NCBI GenBank assembly: GCA_918797485.1
Contig: CAKKNE010000001.1
Location: 5,146,001-5,210,000, forward strand
Origin: Pelagomonas calceolata
Lineage: Eukaryota
Reading direction: 5' to 3'
Length of the DNA: 64,000 nucleotides
A program made the translations under genes and the position numbers. The notes beneath the pieces were generated by a model. That model did not search any database. It was given only the letters and a program-made list of their open reading frames with translations, and was not told where the DNA came from. Below, in pieces: positions 33,218 through 44,112 of the stretch; the first letter of the stretch is position 1, and every line of letters starts with the position of its first letter.

Positions 33218-33432
33218 GATTTACGCGCGCCAGCTCGCCGGGACGGCCGGGTGTGCCCGAGGATAACGCTACTTAAGATCGAGCAATCTGACCCTGAAAT
33301 CGAGGGTTTCACACGCTACGAATGCCTTAAGCGGGCCTAATCGATCGTAGATGGCCTTAGAATTGCATTGGCCAACGTGTAAAGCCCGCTCGAGTCGAGA
33401 GTGGGCGGCTGCTTCTTCTTGTGTTTTGCCCA

Positions 33433-33454
33433 CTAGTATGTCTGTGTACGCTAG
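33433..33454 (+). promoter_or_regulatory. CTAG-box
   Basis: CTAGTATGTCTGTGTACGCTAG between divergent genes. Confidence 0.55.
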
Positions 33455-33574
33455 CTCGCAGCGCGCCCGAGTTAACAAAACGCTCTTCGCCGGTGGCGAG
33501 GGGATGCTTCGCGCTGAAGCACATAAGTCAGTGATGCCACAAAACTGCACTGGCGGCTGCCGCACATAATAACA

Positions 33575-34813
33575 ATGCCGCAAAGGCAGAGTTTTACCTG
33601 CCTGGCGCTAGGCCTGCTAATCACAGCCATTGTGGCCGTACAGCTCCTGCTCGTCCACAAGCAGACGGCTATGCAGGTCCCAGACCTGCACCCGTTGGAA
33701 ACGCGACAGAAAGCCGAAGCGAACAAATTGCTGCAATCCCTCGAAGACGCGCGCCAGCGCCTCGAAGCCGTCCAGGCCGACCTGCGGCGGCAGCAAGAGG
33801 CGCTCGCAACGGAGCGCGTCGCCCTCGAGCGCTTGCGGAACGCCACTGCACCAGCAGCACAAGCAGCACAAGCAGCACAAGCAGCACCAGCAGCACCAGC
33901 TCCGCCGACCCTGATCCAGGGCATCCTCATGCACGTCGACCGCCCCGAGAATTATTTAAGGAGAGCGCTCGCGTCGCTCCTGACGGAGTGCCGCGAGACG
34001 GCGCTGCTGCGGCTTCTGGTGGTGGACGCGACGCCCGGCGCTGAAAGGGACGCCTTCATCGGTGCGCGCCGCGACCACGGCCGCTTGCCGATAGTGAGCT
34101 TTGTCCGCCTTGCCTCATCTGGTAGAAGGCGGCTCCTCGGCTCGCCGCAGAAGACGGCGCGGCAAGCGCGGGACGTCGCGCGGGCGATGAGGCTGGCGCT
34201 CCAGCATAAACGCTTCACCTACGCCTTTCTGCTGGAGGACGACTGGGTCGCGTGCCCCAACCTGCTGGGCAATTTATTTACTGCGGTCCATAGAGCAGAA
34301 GCGGTGCACGGGACGAATTTCGCGGCGTTGCGCGTGTCCTACGGCCTGAATGGAATAATCGTGCCTCGAACACGCCTCGCTTCCTTGGCCAAGCACGTCG
34401 AGCAGCGCGCATCACAAAAACCGCCCGACCTCGCGTTCACGGAGTGGGCTCTGCAACAAAACGGCAAGCTCGTGGCCTACCGCCACAACCTCTTCGTCCA
34501 CGTCGGTCATCAGAGTTCGGTAGGCAACTCGGGGAGTAGGTGGAACGCGGCCTGTTTCGAGCTCTTGTTCGACTGGCTCCAGAAGGGCGTCGAGGCCTTC
34601 GATGTCAAAAAGTGCGCGCACGACGCGATCTCGCCCTGCGACCCGCCTCCTAGACAACTGCCTCATGTAAACCGGCGGGCCAAGGCCTTCGCGTGCGAGG
34701 TCGCGCTGATGGACCTGCCCGTGGACCGGACGTCTGATAGATTACTGGGGTGCGTGCGGGACCGCGTGGAGCCGGCCGCGAAGTACCTGCTGCCGGCGCC
34801 GCGGATGGCATAA
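33575..34813 (+). CDS. GT54 (MGAT4-like) N-acetylglucosaminyltransferase
   Basis: Signal anchor, coiled stem, NYL...L.SLL, FLLEDD, FVHVGHQSS. Confidence 0.7.
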   Translation: MPQRQSFTCLALGLLITAIVAVQLLLVHKQTAMQVPDLHPLETRQKAEANKLLQSLEDARQRLEAVQADLRRQQEALATERVALERLRNATAPAAQAAQAAQAAPAAPAPPTLIQGILMHVDRPENYLRRALASLLTECRETALLRLLVVDATPGAERDAFIGARRDHGRLPIVSFVRLASSGRRRLLGSPQKTARQARDVARAMRLALQHKRFTYAFLLEDDWVACPNLLGNLFTAVHRAEAVHGTNFAALRVSYGLNGIIVPRTRLASLAKHVEQRASQKPPDLAFTEWALQQNGKLVAYRHNLFVHVGHQSSVGNSGSRWNAACFELLFDWLQKGVEAFDVKKCAHDAISPCDPPPRQLPHVNRRAKAFACEVALMDLPVDRTSDRLLGCVRDRVEPAAKYLLPAPRMA

Positions 34814-35085
34814 GTCTTGTGTGTTGTTTAAATAAGTAAGTGTAGAAGGGAGAGAGAGAGTCGCTTATTGAGGTAGCCCCTCGCTCAAGTGGCACGGACC
34901 GGTCCGGACCGCAAGCGATGAAAAACCCGCGATGGCATGATGCGGACTGCGCGGCCTGGCCTGCGCTATATCAGTGGACCACGGCGTAAAAGTAAGAGCC
35001 TGAAGTAGGACACATCTTCGCCGCCTGGCGCCCGCCCTGGTCGAGGGTCGCCGCCAGCAACTAAAAGTTGGCCAAAAATAGAAAA

Positions 35086-35643
35086 ATGCTAACAAAGCTC
35101 CTAGCTGTCTTATCGCTTGCCTCGGCGGTAGTCGTGCGCGATGCCGCGAGCCTACGCGCAGAGCTCGCGCGCGGCGCGCCGTCGATAGAGCTCGCGGACA
35201 GTTTTTACCTCGAGGGCGACGCGACTGCGAACCGCGCAGAAAAGGTCGCAAAATCCGCCAGCGACACAAGAGTCGGCGGGGGGTTCGCAAATATTAACGG
35301 CGGAAGCACCACAATGCGCGACGTGGTCCTGGCGGAGAACGTCGCTAATGGCTACGGCTCCGCCCTCAATCTGCGCTATGCGGAGGCGTCGCTCTACAGC
35401 GTCCGGGCCGAGAATCAGACGATGTACCTTTTAAAAAACGGTCAGCTTGACGCCTTCTGCTCCGCGGGGCTCCAGCTCGTCCTGTCAGCCACCGGACGCG
35501 ACGAGTGAAACGTAGCGGCTCCACCTTGCAACGTAGCGGCTCGACTGCTTCCAGAACCGACGAGGAGAACGTGCAAGCGCCTGTTGGCCGACGCCCGCAG
35601 CTGAACCGCTCGGCGACGTGGCGAACGAGCGCCCCCTCCGTAG
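35086..35643 (+). pseudogene. Internally deleted secreted polymorphic-membrane/pectin-lyase-like gene
   Basis: Signal peptide, NRAE..GGG / ENVANGYGSAL repeats, stop at 35508, then an out-of-frame C-terminal-like tail ending TAG at 35643. Confidence 0.35.
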
Positions 35644-35708
35644 AGATGTAGAGGGACTAATAATCATACTACTAAAGGACCGCGATTCGATTCACAGAGA
35701 TACTAAGG

Positions 35709-36977
35709 TTAAAGGTCCGGCAGCCCCGAGAAGTGGTCGAGCATGCGCGACACCTTCTCCGGCCGGCAGTTGAAGGCCGGGTGCGTCCGCGGCAGCAGGT
35801 TGGCCGGCGAGCCGGAGACGGTCGCCGGGGCGGTGCAGTCCGGGTGCTGCGAGGCGGACAACCCGGACAGCGCGTAGCACGTGTGGTAGTAGTCGCGGCC
35901 CTTGCCCGGCTTGTCGCGCAACCCGCCGTCCGGGAAGACCTGGGCGCACAACAAGATGTACCGTTGGAGTTTGATCGGGTCCACGATTTCCTGGATAGGC
36001 GTCGCTGCAGGGACGTCAGCTGATGTCGTCCCGGGCCGCCACCGTACGCCTTGTGGTGCTTCGATGTGGTGGGGGTCGCCCCGCCTCGCATGGGCGGATA
36101 ATTGCGCCGTGCCGCCCTGCCAGAAGCTGTAGCATGCATCCACGAGCTTGTTCGCCCGGCCCTGGTAGCCGCCCTCGATGCTCGTCTGGCGCCGCGCGAC
36201 CCACGCGTCCAGGGCGTCGAGATCCACCAGATGGCACGCGTCCAGAATGCACAGCGTCGCGATCGCACAAAAGCCGTAGCCGCCGTGCGCCTCGACGCCC
36301 GGTTCGCCCCCGAACCCCCCTTCGTACGTCTGGCACGACGCCGCGTACTCCGCGACGCCTTCTACTAGTTGTGGTGTCAACACGTTGGTTAAAGCAGCGA
36401 CGGCGATGGCCGTATACGTCCCTCGCACGTCGACCTCGCCATCGTCGTGCATCCGGAAGCCGTTCGACGCGTCCTTCATCGACAACAAGAACTGATACAA
36501 AGCGGGCCGGTCGATCGTCTCGAAAGCTTCATTTGAACCAATACAACAGAGCGCTAGCGTCGCGGCGTACGTCGGCGCCAGGTGCGCCAATTGTCTCGGC
36601 CCGCCGCCGAACGCGCCTTCAGCTCTACACGCTCTCAAGGTGGAAATGCATCTTTGCTTGATCTCAGCATCATCATCCAACGCCTCCAACAAGTCCAAAG
36701 CATGAATAATCCAATAAACGAGCCACGGTCTACTTGCGTCGAGCGCCACGAATCCCCCACTTAAGCCGGCGAGGCCCTTGCGCAGGTACTGCACATGTTT
36801 CTCTCGCATCAACCGTGGTCTGTTCTCCTCGTCCAGCAAGCCCTCGCGGCGCATCTGCGCGAGCTGCGCCGCGGGCACCGTTGAGAAATCATCAATGAGA
36901 AAGCGCGCGCAGACGGACTCGCACTCCTCCTGCTCCAGTAATGTGAGAGAGTAGTTCATGGCGCCGAGGTCGTCCAT
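35709..36977 (-). CDS. FNTB: Protein farnesyltransferase beta subunit
   Basis: LDASRPWLVYW, EVDVRG.Y, EAHGGY, GRANKLVDACYSFWQ, GLRDKPGKGRDYYHTCYALSGLS. Confidence 0.95.
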   Translation of the reverse strand: MDDLGAMNYSLTLLEQEECESVCARFLIDDFSTVPAAQLAQMRREGLLDEENRPRLMREKHVQYLRKGLAGLSGGFVALDASRPWLVYWIIHALDLLEALDDDAEIKQRCISTLRACRAEGAFGGGPRQLAHLAPTYAATLALCCIGSNEAFETIDRPALYQFLLSMKDASNGFRMHDDGEVDVRGTYTAIAVAALTNVLTPQLVEGVAEYAASCQTYEGGFGGEPGVEAHGGYGFCAIATLCILDACHLVDLDALDAWVARRQTSIEGGYQGRANKLVDACYSFWQGGTAQLSAHARRGDPHHIEAPQGVRWRPGTTSADVPAATPIQEIVDPIKLQRYILLCAQVFPDGGLRDKPGKGRDYYHTCYALSGLSASQHPDCTAPATVSGSPANLLPRTHPAFNCRPEKVSRMLDHFSGLPDL

Positions 36978-37476
36978 CGCTTTTTTGCGATGCGTTCGCG
37001 CGCGCGCGCTGCGGCGAGGTGGGCTGGCGCCTGGTGCAAAAGCAGTGCGCAGGAGTGCAAATTGAGCAATTCTTTGCAGCGATACTGGATCGCGGGCAGC
37101 GATGCTGCTACGTCGCAGCGTTTGCACCTTCCTGCTGGCTTGCACTGCGCAAAAATCAAGCGTTGCCAAGCCGGACGAAAACCCGTTTTCTTTTGCGCGA
37201 TGTGTACAAGCAACGCATCTTCCGCCACTTTAAGAATACTGAGAGCCTTCGACAGGCGCGGTGAAGACGGCTAGAGAGCGAGCTCCGCAGTTGCTCTCTT
37301 TGCTCATGCAGATCAAGAGCGCAAATTACACGATTGGCCGGCGCATCGATCATCAATCGACGCCGTTACTGCTGCGAGACGAATAATTCATTTTGGACCG
37401 CTTGCTGCTGCATCGGTGGGAGTCGGGCAGCCCTGGATTGGTTGCAAGCAGGGCAGCCAGCCACTGCAGCTTGAGC

Positions 37477-38464
37477 ATGAGTTTCTTCTTCCGCAAGCGG
37501 ACGCCGCGCGGCCCGCCGCCGGCGCACTGCAAAACATGCAAAGCGCGACTGGACGCGTGCTCGTGCAAATCGACCGATGAGGAATCGTACGAGGAGCGCC
37601 GCGCGAGCGCCGCGACGACGACGGAGGCACCGCGACGACGAAACTGGTTCGGGCGGTCCGCCCCCGCGGCTCCCGAGCCGGCGCCCGCGGCTGCCAGGCC
37701 GGCGCCCGCCGATGCTGCCGTCGACGATGGCAGCTGCGAGGACGCCACGCCGCGCCTCGACGCTGCCGCTGAGAGGCGTCTAGAGTCGGTCTACGCGGCG
37801 TATGTCGACGACGCGGCGCGAGCGAACGCCGGAGCGCGTCTCCAGGAGAGCGACGCGCCGCCGATCTCTTGTTTTGGGCTGTGTGGAAATCAAAATTTTA
37901 CGGCGCGTTCGTGCTGAACCGTCGCGTCGTCCTCCACGCCATCGACGCGACGTCGGCTCGATGGCGTGGCGATGCCGGTTCGTCACCGCTCGACGGAGCC
38001 GGCACGGCCGCGTCATCGACGAGAAATGACTTAGTGAAGAATTATCGGGTGCACCCGACGCACTGGTTGATTTCCACACAGGTTTCGGCGAGGACGCGTT
38101 TTGCATGGCGCACACGGGGCGGAGTGCGGTCAGCGGCGTCGTGGACTACCAATCGATGGCGACGCGCAACCGCCTCGACGCGGGGCCCCTGGCGCTGACG
38201 CCGCCGAAGAAGCCGTCGCCCGGTCTGGAAGGTAGGTACCGGTCGCTGGCGCGCATTGACACGAGCGCCGCGCCGGCGCCGGCGGCGCGGTCAGGGGGGC
38301 TAGAGCTGTACCTCGAGAGCCGCGGGCTCGGCGCCTACGCGCCTCGGATCCGCGCCCTTGGCGCGCGGAAGGTCGCGGACCTGCAGCTGCTTTCGGACGA
38401 GGACATCGACGATTTGGGCGTGCCGAAGGAGCTGCGCGTGGTGCTGAAGGTGAGTTTGAGTTAG
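37477..38464 (+). CDS. SAM-domain protein; exons 37477-37870 and 38082-38464
   Basis: Removing the introner gives PISCFGEDAFCMAH in frame; C-terminal YLESRGLGAY...DLQLLSDEDIDDLGV SAM motif. Confidence 0.7.
37871..38081 (+). mobile_element. Introner element forming a 211-nt GT-AG intron
   Basis: TIRs CTGTGTGGAAATCAA (37879) / TTGATTTCCACACAG (38081); imperfect 8-bp TSD GTTTTGGG/GTTTCGGC supplies the GT donor. Confidence 0.85.
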
Positions 38465-38510
38465 TAGTATTTTGTGATGACTTATGCTTGAGAGGGGGAC
38501 AGGCGCTAGA

Positions 38511-39815
38511 TTAGGACCAGCGGACTCCATAGCCATAGTGGAGGATGAGCTCCGCGTTCTTGCGGCTGCGCTTAATGGCGCGCTCCTTTTTCCGCGTCAG
38601 GGCCTTTTCCCTCTTCCACTTCCTTTCCCTGTAAACTCGAGATATTTCTTGCGCCCGAGCTTGCCCAGACTCCGAGTCCAGGTCCAAGCCCCGGTACTCC
38701 GAGCCCGACGCGTACGGGTCCGACAAGTCCGACTCCGACTCCGAGTCCGAGTCCGACGAGTTGGCGTCGGAGTCCGACTTCGAGTCCCTGGGGTGCGGCC
38801 TCGCCGCGTCGTCGATGCTCGTCCCCGCCGGCCACGCGTTGACGGGCTGGAGGTAGAAGTCCCACGGCCGCTCTTCAAACCACGGGATCGTTTTGGTGTA
38901 GCAATTTTCGTAATATCGACCGTCCTGGCTATACTCGCCGTAAAGGAACGTCTTGTGGCCAGGGGCCTCCGGAGCTAACTCGTCGACGACGTCCTCCGGC
39001 CACCAAGTCTCGCCGCCCCGATTCTCGCCAAAAGATGTCGGTACCTCGTGAAATTGCGGCACCAGCTTCCGAGGGAGTAAAGTCCAGTCATCAGACGAGT
39101 ACTCGTCGCCAAAGGATCCCTTCCACACCTCCGCGCTGCCCGCGTGGCCCGACTTCAACGAGACGTGGTCGAAGTGTGAGTTATTCAGGCAGATTTCGTC
39201 CTTGTGCACCTCGTAAAGCCGCTGCATGAAGGCCGGTAGCTGCTCGCGCCGGCACGGAACCGAGTCTCGCGCCGGCAGCAGGCCGGCGAAGGCCTCTATG
39301 TGTTTCACGCAGTCATCAGGCACGTTGACGCGTCGCGCTATCACGCGCAAAAACCGCATGGCGCTTTCCTCGTTCCGGCGCTGATTGACGATGAAACCAG
39401 CAATCGAAGGCATGACGTCCGAGAGAAATGTGTCGATTCCTCCTGAGGTCTTGAGCCCGACCGGCTTCGCGTAGACTTCCGTCGCGTCCTCCCAGCCGTC
39501 ACTGTAATTGTTCTCGTACGAGGGGGGATCGCCGTGTTCGTCGTGGTGAATCTTGGCGGCGCATATCTCGACCACGTTCTGCTGCACGTATTCGTAGAGT
39601 GACCGTGCGGGTCGCCATTGTCCGTTTTTATCGAGCACCACCAGCGGGCGCGGCTGACCATTTACTCGCCATCCAGACGAGGAGTCTTCGCTCCATACAG
39701 TGACGAGTCCTTCCTCCTGCGCCTTCGCGCGCTCGCTCGGCAGGGTCTGCTTGACGGGGTCGATGAAAGAGCGGCCCGCGCGCGCCGCGAGTGCTTTTGA
39801 CCGAGCAGTCGGCAT
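38511..39815 (-). CDS. Hypothetical protein
   Basis: 434 aa from MPTARSK; VPDDCVKHIEAF F-box-like stretch, DS repeats, basic C-terminus. Confidence 0.6.
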   Translation of the reverse strand: MPTARSKALAARAGRSFIDPVKQTLPSERAKAQEEGLVTVWSEDSSSGWRVNGQPRPLVVLDKNGQWRPARSLYEYVQQNVVEICAAKIHHDEHGDPPSYENNYSDGWEDATEVYAKPVGLKTSGGIDTFLSDVMPSIAGFIVNQRRNEESAMRFLRVIARRVNVPDDCVKHIEAFAGLLPARDSVPCRREQLPAFMQRLYEVHKDEICLNNSHFDHVSLKSGHAGSAEVWKGSFGDEYSSDDWTLLPRKLVPQFHEVPTSFGENRGGETWWPEDVVDELAPEAPGHKTFLYGEYSQDGRYYENCYTKTIPWFEERPWDFYLQPVNAWPAGTSIDDAARPHPRDSKSDSDANSSDSDSESESDLSDPYASGSEYRGLDLDSESGQARAQEISRVYRERKWKREKALTRKKERAIKRSRKNAELILHYGYGVRWS

Positions 39816-39969
39816 GTTGTGTGCGTTGTGCAAGAGGGCTCCAGCAGCGCAGGGGCGTTGTTCCAAGGCGGTGCCCAGCGTTCAGGTCAAGCAATGAGCT
39901 TTTTAAGCTTTTCTGACAGTCGATTGGACACAGAGAGAGCCAAAAGAAACGAGGCGACCACAGCGAGAG

Positions 39970-39991
39970 CTAGCGTCATGTAAGACACTAG
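39970..39991 (-). promoter_or_regulatory. CTAG-box
   Basis: CTAGCGTCATGTAAGACACTAG, exact reverse complement of 159-180; between divergent genes. Confidence 0.6.
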
Positions 39992-40325
39992 CCAGTCAGC
40001 TGTTTCCTGAACTTCAGCGTCGCGTATAGCTGCCGCGGGCCGCTCAAACGCTTCGTCAGAAGCTGTGAGCAGTGCTACACACGTACACGAACGACTCCGG
40101 TCATTCTTGTCGGGCCGTCGGATATACCCAGGCTGCCACCCTGACATTCCACAAAGCGCACAAAAGCACCGCGGCACCCACATACGTCGTCGCACGAGCC
40201 CCAGAAGAATGTCCAGGCAAGGCCCCCTAGGCGCGGCCCACAGCCAGAGCGACCGCTACCGGCGGCGGCTCCTCGCGGCCGCCGGGCTGTCGAACAATTT
40301 ACTATTCAGCAATCTCAACACGACC

Positions 40326-41627
40326 ATGGCCGTGAAATCCAGCGCTTCGCGAACGGCGCCGGCGACCGCGGCGCTCGGCGCGCTCAGCGGCTACCTCGCG
40401 AAGCGCGACGAGCAGCACCAGTGGCGGCGGCGCTTCTGCGTATTAGCGCCGCAAGCGTTCCTCTACTACTTCGAGGACAGCAGCGCCGACGCTCCAAGAG
40501 GTGTAATAGACTTAGAAGGCGCGGACGTGTCGGTGGGCGACGGCAACGTCGTGCACATCGTCACGCCCGGCACGCACGACACGGAAGGCCGGCGCTTCTA
40601 CTTCCAGGCGGACTCGGCGGACGACGCCGCGGCCTGGGTGTCCGCATTGGTGCGGGAGCGCTACTTTAATGTGCGGGACGAGCGCGACGCGTATAGAGAT
40701 TTGCAGCACGACCTGTCGGCCCAGGCGGCGGCGTCGCGCGATGCACTAGATGAGGCGACGGAGGCGAACGACGAAGCCGAAAGACGCCACGTCGCGGCAG
40801 CTAGAGCCGAGGCGGAGCTCGACGATAGATTAAGGGCCATCGCCAGGGAGCTCGACGAACATGACGACGACTCCGAGGGTGATGATCTGGAGGAGGACGT
40901 CCGGTCCTCCATTTTAGCGCGGATGAAGAGACATGGAAGGCGCTCCATGGCGCGCATCGCCGCGCTCGAAGCTAAACTCGAGTCGAAGGAGGCGTCCTCG
41001 GAAGAACGCGCGCGGGAACTCAGGAGGCACGGCGCCGAGGTCGCACAATTGGAGGAGGAATTGCGACGGGAGGAAGCGCGGACCCAGGACGAGGCGGAGA
41101 CTTCAGCAAGATTGAACGAGGAGACCGAGGAGCTTCGGAGGGAGGCGCAGGAGGCGACGCTTAACTTGGAGGTCGTCGAGCAGCAGGCGAAAGCTGCCGA
41201 CGCGCGCGTCACCGAGCTCCAGGACCAGAAGCGGTTGTTGGTGCGGGAGGTGAAGAACGCGCGGAAGGCTTTGTCTGATGCCGAGGCCGCCAATAGAGCT
41301 GTACTGGAACGGGCGCTCGCCGAGGCCCCCGAGGTCAAGCGCGATTCATCGGAGGAGGAAGTGGAGCGGGGCCCGTTCACGGAAAAGGCGTTTGTCGTCA
41401 CTTGTAAGAGGTGTGGCGGCGACGTCGCCGGTCCCAAAAATTCGACGTGTGTGTGCCCCGTGCCCTTGTTGGGGGAGGAGGGTCCGTCCATGGCCGATCA
41501 GGCGTCGACGTATTTGCGGTCGATGACGAAATCGCTGTTCTCGTCGGCGCCGCCGCCGCCTCCTCCTCCGAAGGCGCCCGACGACGCGCCGGAGGCCGAG
41601 ACGCCGCCGCCTGCTGCTGGGCGCTAG
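40326..41627 (+). CDS. PH-domain coiled-coil protein
   Basis: SGYLAKR...WRRRFCVL...LYYF...PRGVIDL...FYFQADS..DAAAWVSAL PH consensus. Confidence 0.85.
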   Translation: MAVKSSASRTAPATAALGALSGYLAKRDEQHQWRRRFCVLAPQAFLYYFEDSSADAPRGVIDLEGADVSVGDGNVVHIVTPGTHDTEGRRFYFQADSADDAAAWVSALVRERYFNVRDERDAYRDLQHDLSAQAAASRDALDEATEANDEAERRHVAAARAEAELDDRLRAIARELDEHDDDSEGDDLEEDVRSSILARMKRHGRRSMARIAALEAKLESKEASSEERARELRRHGAEVAQLEEELRREEARTQDEAETSARLNEETEELRREAQEATLNLEVVEQQAKAADARVTELQDQKRLLVREVKNARKALSDAEAANRAVLERALAEAPEVKRDSSEEEVERGPFTEKAFVVTCKRCGGDVAGPKNSTCVCPVPLLGEEGPSMADQASTYLRSMTKSLFSSAPPPPPPPKAPDDAPEAETPPPAAGR

Positions 41628-41707
41628 CTGTGTGTGTGAATGATAATATAGGTGTATATCTGATGCGAGCGAGCAATGAATCGCGCGAAAAGTCGCGCGA
41701 AAACGAC

Positions 41708-41729
41708 CTAGCGGCCTGTAAGACACTAG
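41708..41729 (-). promoter_or_regulatory. CTAG-box
   Basis: CTAGCGGCCTGTAAGACACTAG, 1 mismatch from the 31187 copy. Confidence 0.6.
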
Positions 41730-41915
41730 AAGCATCTCTCCAACTCCAGCTTTGGCTTGGCCACCTCAGGGCATACATTGCCAGACGTAGCCGTACGATC
41801 GATATCAGTCGTGCAGATTGATTCGACGGCAGAGCGCCAGTGATTTCATCCGTGCAGAGCGTTTGACGACCGCTGACGTGCTGCCACACAGGAAAGCTGC
41901 CTGCGGGACAATACC

Positions 41916-43316
41916 ATGGGCGCTCCCGCAGCAACACCCCAGACGCCGCTCCCAAAAGCGGCCATGGCCGTCGTCTTCCTCATCCAGATCAGCGAGGCGT
42001 TGGGCGGCTTCGCGCTCTTTCCCTTCGTCGTGTTTATGTTGCGTGATCTCGGCGTGAGCGAGCGGAACTTAGGATTTTACAGCGGTTTGTTGGGTGCATC
42101 CTTTTTCATCGGGCAAGTCTTCAGCAGCTATCACTGGGGCCGCCTCGCGGACCGCTACGGCTGCCGGGCCTGTCTCGTGTTCGGCGGGCTCGCCGCGTCG
42201 TTCTCGTCGGCGGTCTTCGGGTTCGTGCCGAACGTGACGTGGGCCGTCGTCGCGCGGGTCGCGAGCGGTCTGCTGAATGGCACAATAGGCATCATCAAGT
42301 CGCACGTCTCGCAGATCACGGACGAGACGAATCGACCCCACGCCTTTTCGCTCTTTCCCGTCGGTTTTGGGATTGGCATCGTGAGCGCGTCCTATCTGGG
42401 CGGCGCCCTCGCGCGGCCGGCGGACACCTGGCCCGGCGTGTTTGGGTCGGAGTTCTGGGAGGCGTACCCCTACGCGCTGCCGCTCCTGGTCTGCGCGGTC
42501 TATCAATTCCTGACCTCTCTGCTCGCGTGCGCGGTCCTACGAGACGCGCCGCGGACGGCCGCGTACGAAGCCGTCGGCGCGGCGTCGACGACATCACTCC
42601 CAGTCTGGCGCCGGCGCGGGCCGGTGCTGTCCTGCGCCGCCTACGCGCTGCTCGCGGGCGCGCAGATTTTGTTCGACGAACTGTTTCCTCTCTACGCGCG
42701 CGGCTGCCTGGAGTGGAAGCCGCCGCGGATCGGCCGGTTCCTGGCGCTCGGCGGCGGCTCGCTGCTCATCGGGTCCTTCGCGGCGCCGCACGTCCTCCGG
42801 CTGTCGAGCGGCAACGCGTCGCGCGTCTTCGTGGTCTGCAATCTCGTGAATGTGCCGCTGGGTATAGTAGTGCCGGCGCTGTCGTCCTTCGCTGGGTTGT
42901 TCCCCGTGTACGTGTCGCTGCGCGTGACGCAGACCATTGCGTTCTGTCAAGTGATGTTGCTGGTCAACACGTCGGCCCCGATGTCCGAGCTCGGCGCCGT
43001 CAACGGACTGGGTCAGACTCTAGCTGCCGCTATGAGGGCGCTCGGGCCCCTCGGCGGCGGCGCGTCGTGGTCCGGGGCGCTCTCGCTCGCGCGCGACAGC
43101 GGCGCCGCGGCGGAAACGTGTCCCGGCGTCTACGCGTACCTGCCCTACGGCGCGCGCGCGTTCCTCGTTGTTGCCGCGATCGCCGCCGCGTGCGGGCTGC
43201 CGACGCCTACGCCCGCCGTCGATGACGTCGACGACGACGAGGAGCGCAAGGACCCCGACGAATCGGTGGTGTTTGCGCCGTCGTTTTCATCGGAGAAGGA
43301 GGTGGAGATGGTCTGA
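41916..43316 (+). CDS. MFS transporter, ZIFL-like
   Basis: LFPFVVFM, WGRLADRYG, SGLLNG, YPYALP, GAVNGLGQT...RALGP. Confidence 0.85.
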   Translation: MGAPAATPQTPLPKAAMAVVFLIQISEALGGFALFPFVVFMLRDLGVSERNLGFYSGLLGASFFIGQVFSSYHWGRLADRYGCRACLVFGGLAASFSSAVFGFVPNVTWAVVARVASGLLNGTIGIIKSHVSQITDETNRPHAFSLFPVGFGIGIVSASYLGGALARPADTWPGVFGSEFWEAYPYALPLLVCAVYQFLTSLLACAVLRDAPRTAAYEAVGAASTTSLPVWRRRGPVLSCAAYALLAGAQILFDELFPLYARGCLEWKPPRIGRFLALGGGSLLIGSFAAPHVLRLSSGNASRVFVVCNLVNVPLGIVVPALSSFAGLFPVYVSLRVTQTIAFCQVMLLVNTSAPMSELGAVNGLGQTLAAAMRALGPLGGGASWSGALSLARDSGAAAETCPGVYAYLPYGARAFLVVAAIAAACGLPTPTPAVDDVDDDEERKDPDESVVFAPSFSSEKEVEMV

Positions 43317-43841
43317 TTATTAGTGTGTAAGATGTATTGTTTAGCTTACTCGAGATTACCAGCTTCCCCCGACTTCTCCTCGCAAGCCGCCGGCGACGGC
43401 GCGCTGGACTCCGGGCACTCGGGGCGGGCGGACATCCTCGTAAACAAGTCAAGGATGTTCACGAAAAATTGTTTCGTCAATGGATGTTTCTCGCCCATCA
43501 CCTGTTTCGACCTCTCGCCGTTCGAAGTAAGAATTTCCGATGGTCTACCGGCGGGCCGCACGCTTGGCCGCCGACGCGCGCGCCGCCTCGGGGCCGCGGG
43601 GCGTCCAGCGCGGCCTCCTTATCTCGCCGCGCGGGCGGCGGGGCGACTCCGAGGACCACGCGGACCAGTACGCGGACTCGCCCGAGCGCGCGTCGACGGC
43701 GACGACGCGGGACGGGCTTACGTTGCTTTAATTTATCACTATACCTTCGCCTCCGCTACCACCGCTTTTTACGAAACCCGTTTTGGATTCAACTGCTCAA
43801 CGTCGACCTGCGCCACAGTCATGGGAGGAGGCATCCGTGTT

Positions 43842-43863
43842 CTAGTATGTTACAGGCCGCTAG
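43842..43863 (+). promoter_or_regulatory. CTAG-box
   Basis: CTAGTATGTTACAGGCCGCTAG 250 bp upstream of SPF30. Confidence 0.55.
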
Positions 43864-44112
43864 CACACGCGGCATTAAAGCAACACGCCCAGCTCGCGCC
43901 CGCTACGGCCCGCTGGTTGAAGCGAACAGGTCTGAAAGACCAGTTTTCACCGCGCCGCAGCCCTTAGCCTTCGCGAGTAGAGCGAAGCCGCACGCCTCGC
44001 CGCCACAGATAAAAGCAGCAAAGAGCTCTCTAAGCAGCCCGCCACGCCGCGTGGCCGCAGCGCTCCCCCAAAAGGCCGCCGCACCCAGACGCCGTCGCCG
44101 CGCACAAAAAAA

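Noticed and set aside
33850..33900. GCAGCACAA/GCAGCACCA tandem repeat
   Set aside because: Coding low-complexity linker (AAQ/AAP) in the glycosyltransferase stem.
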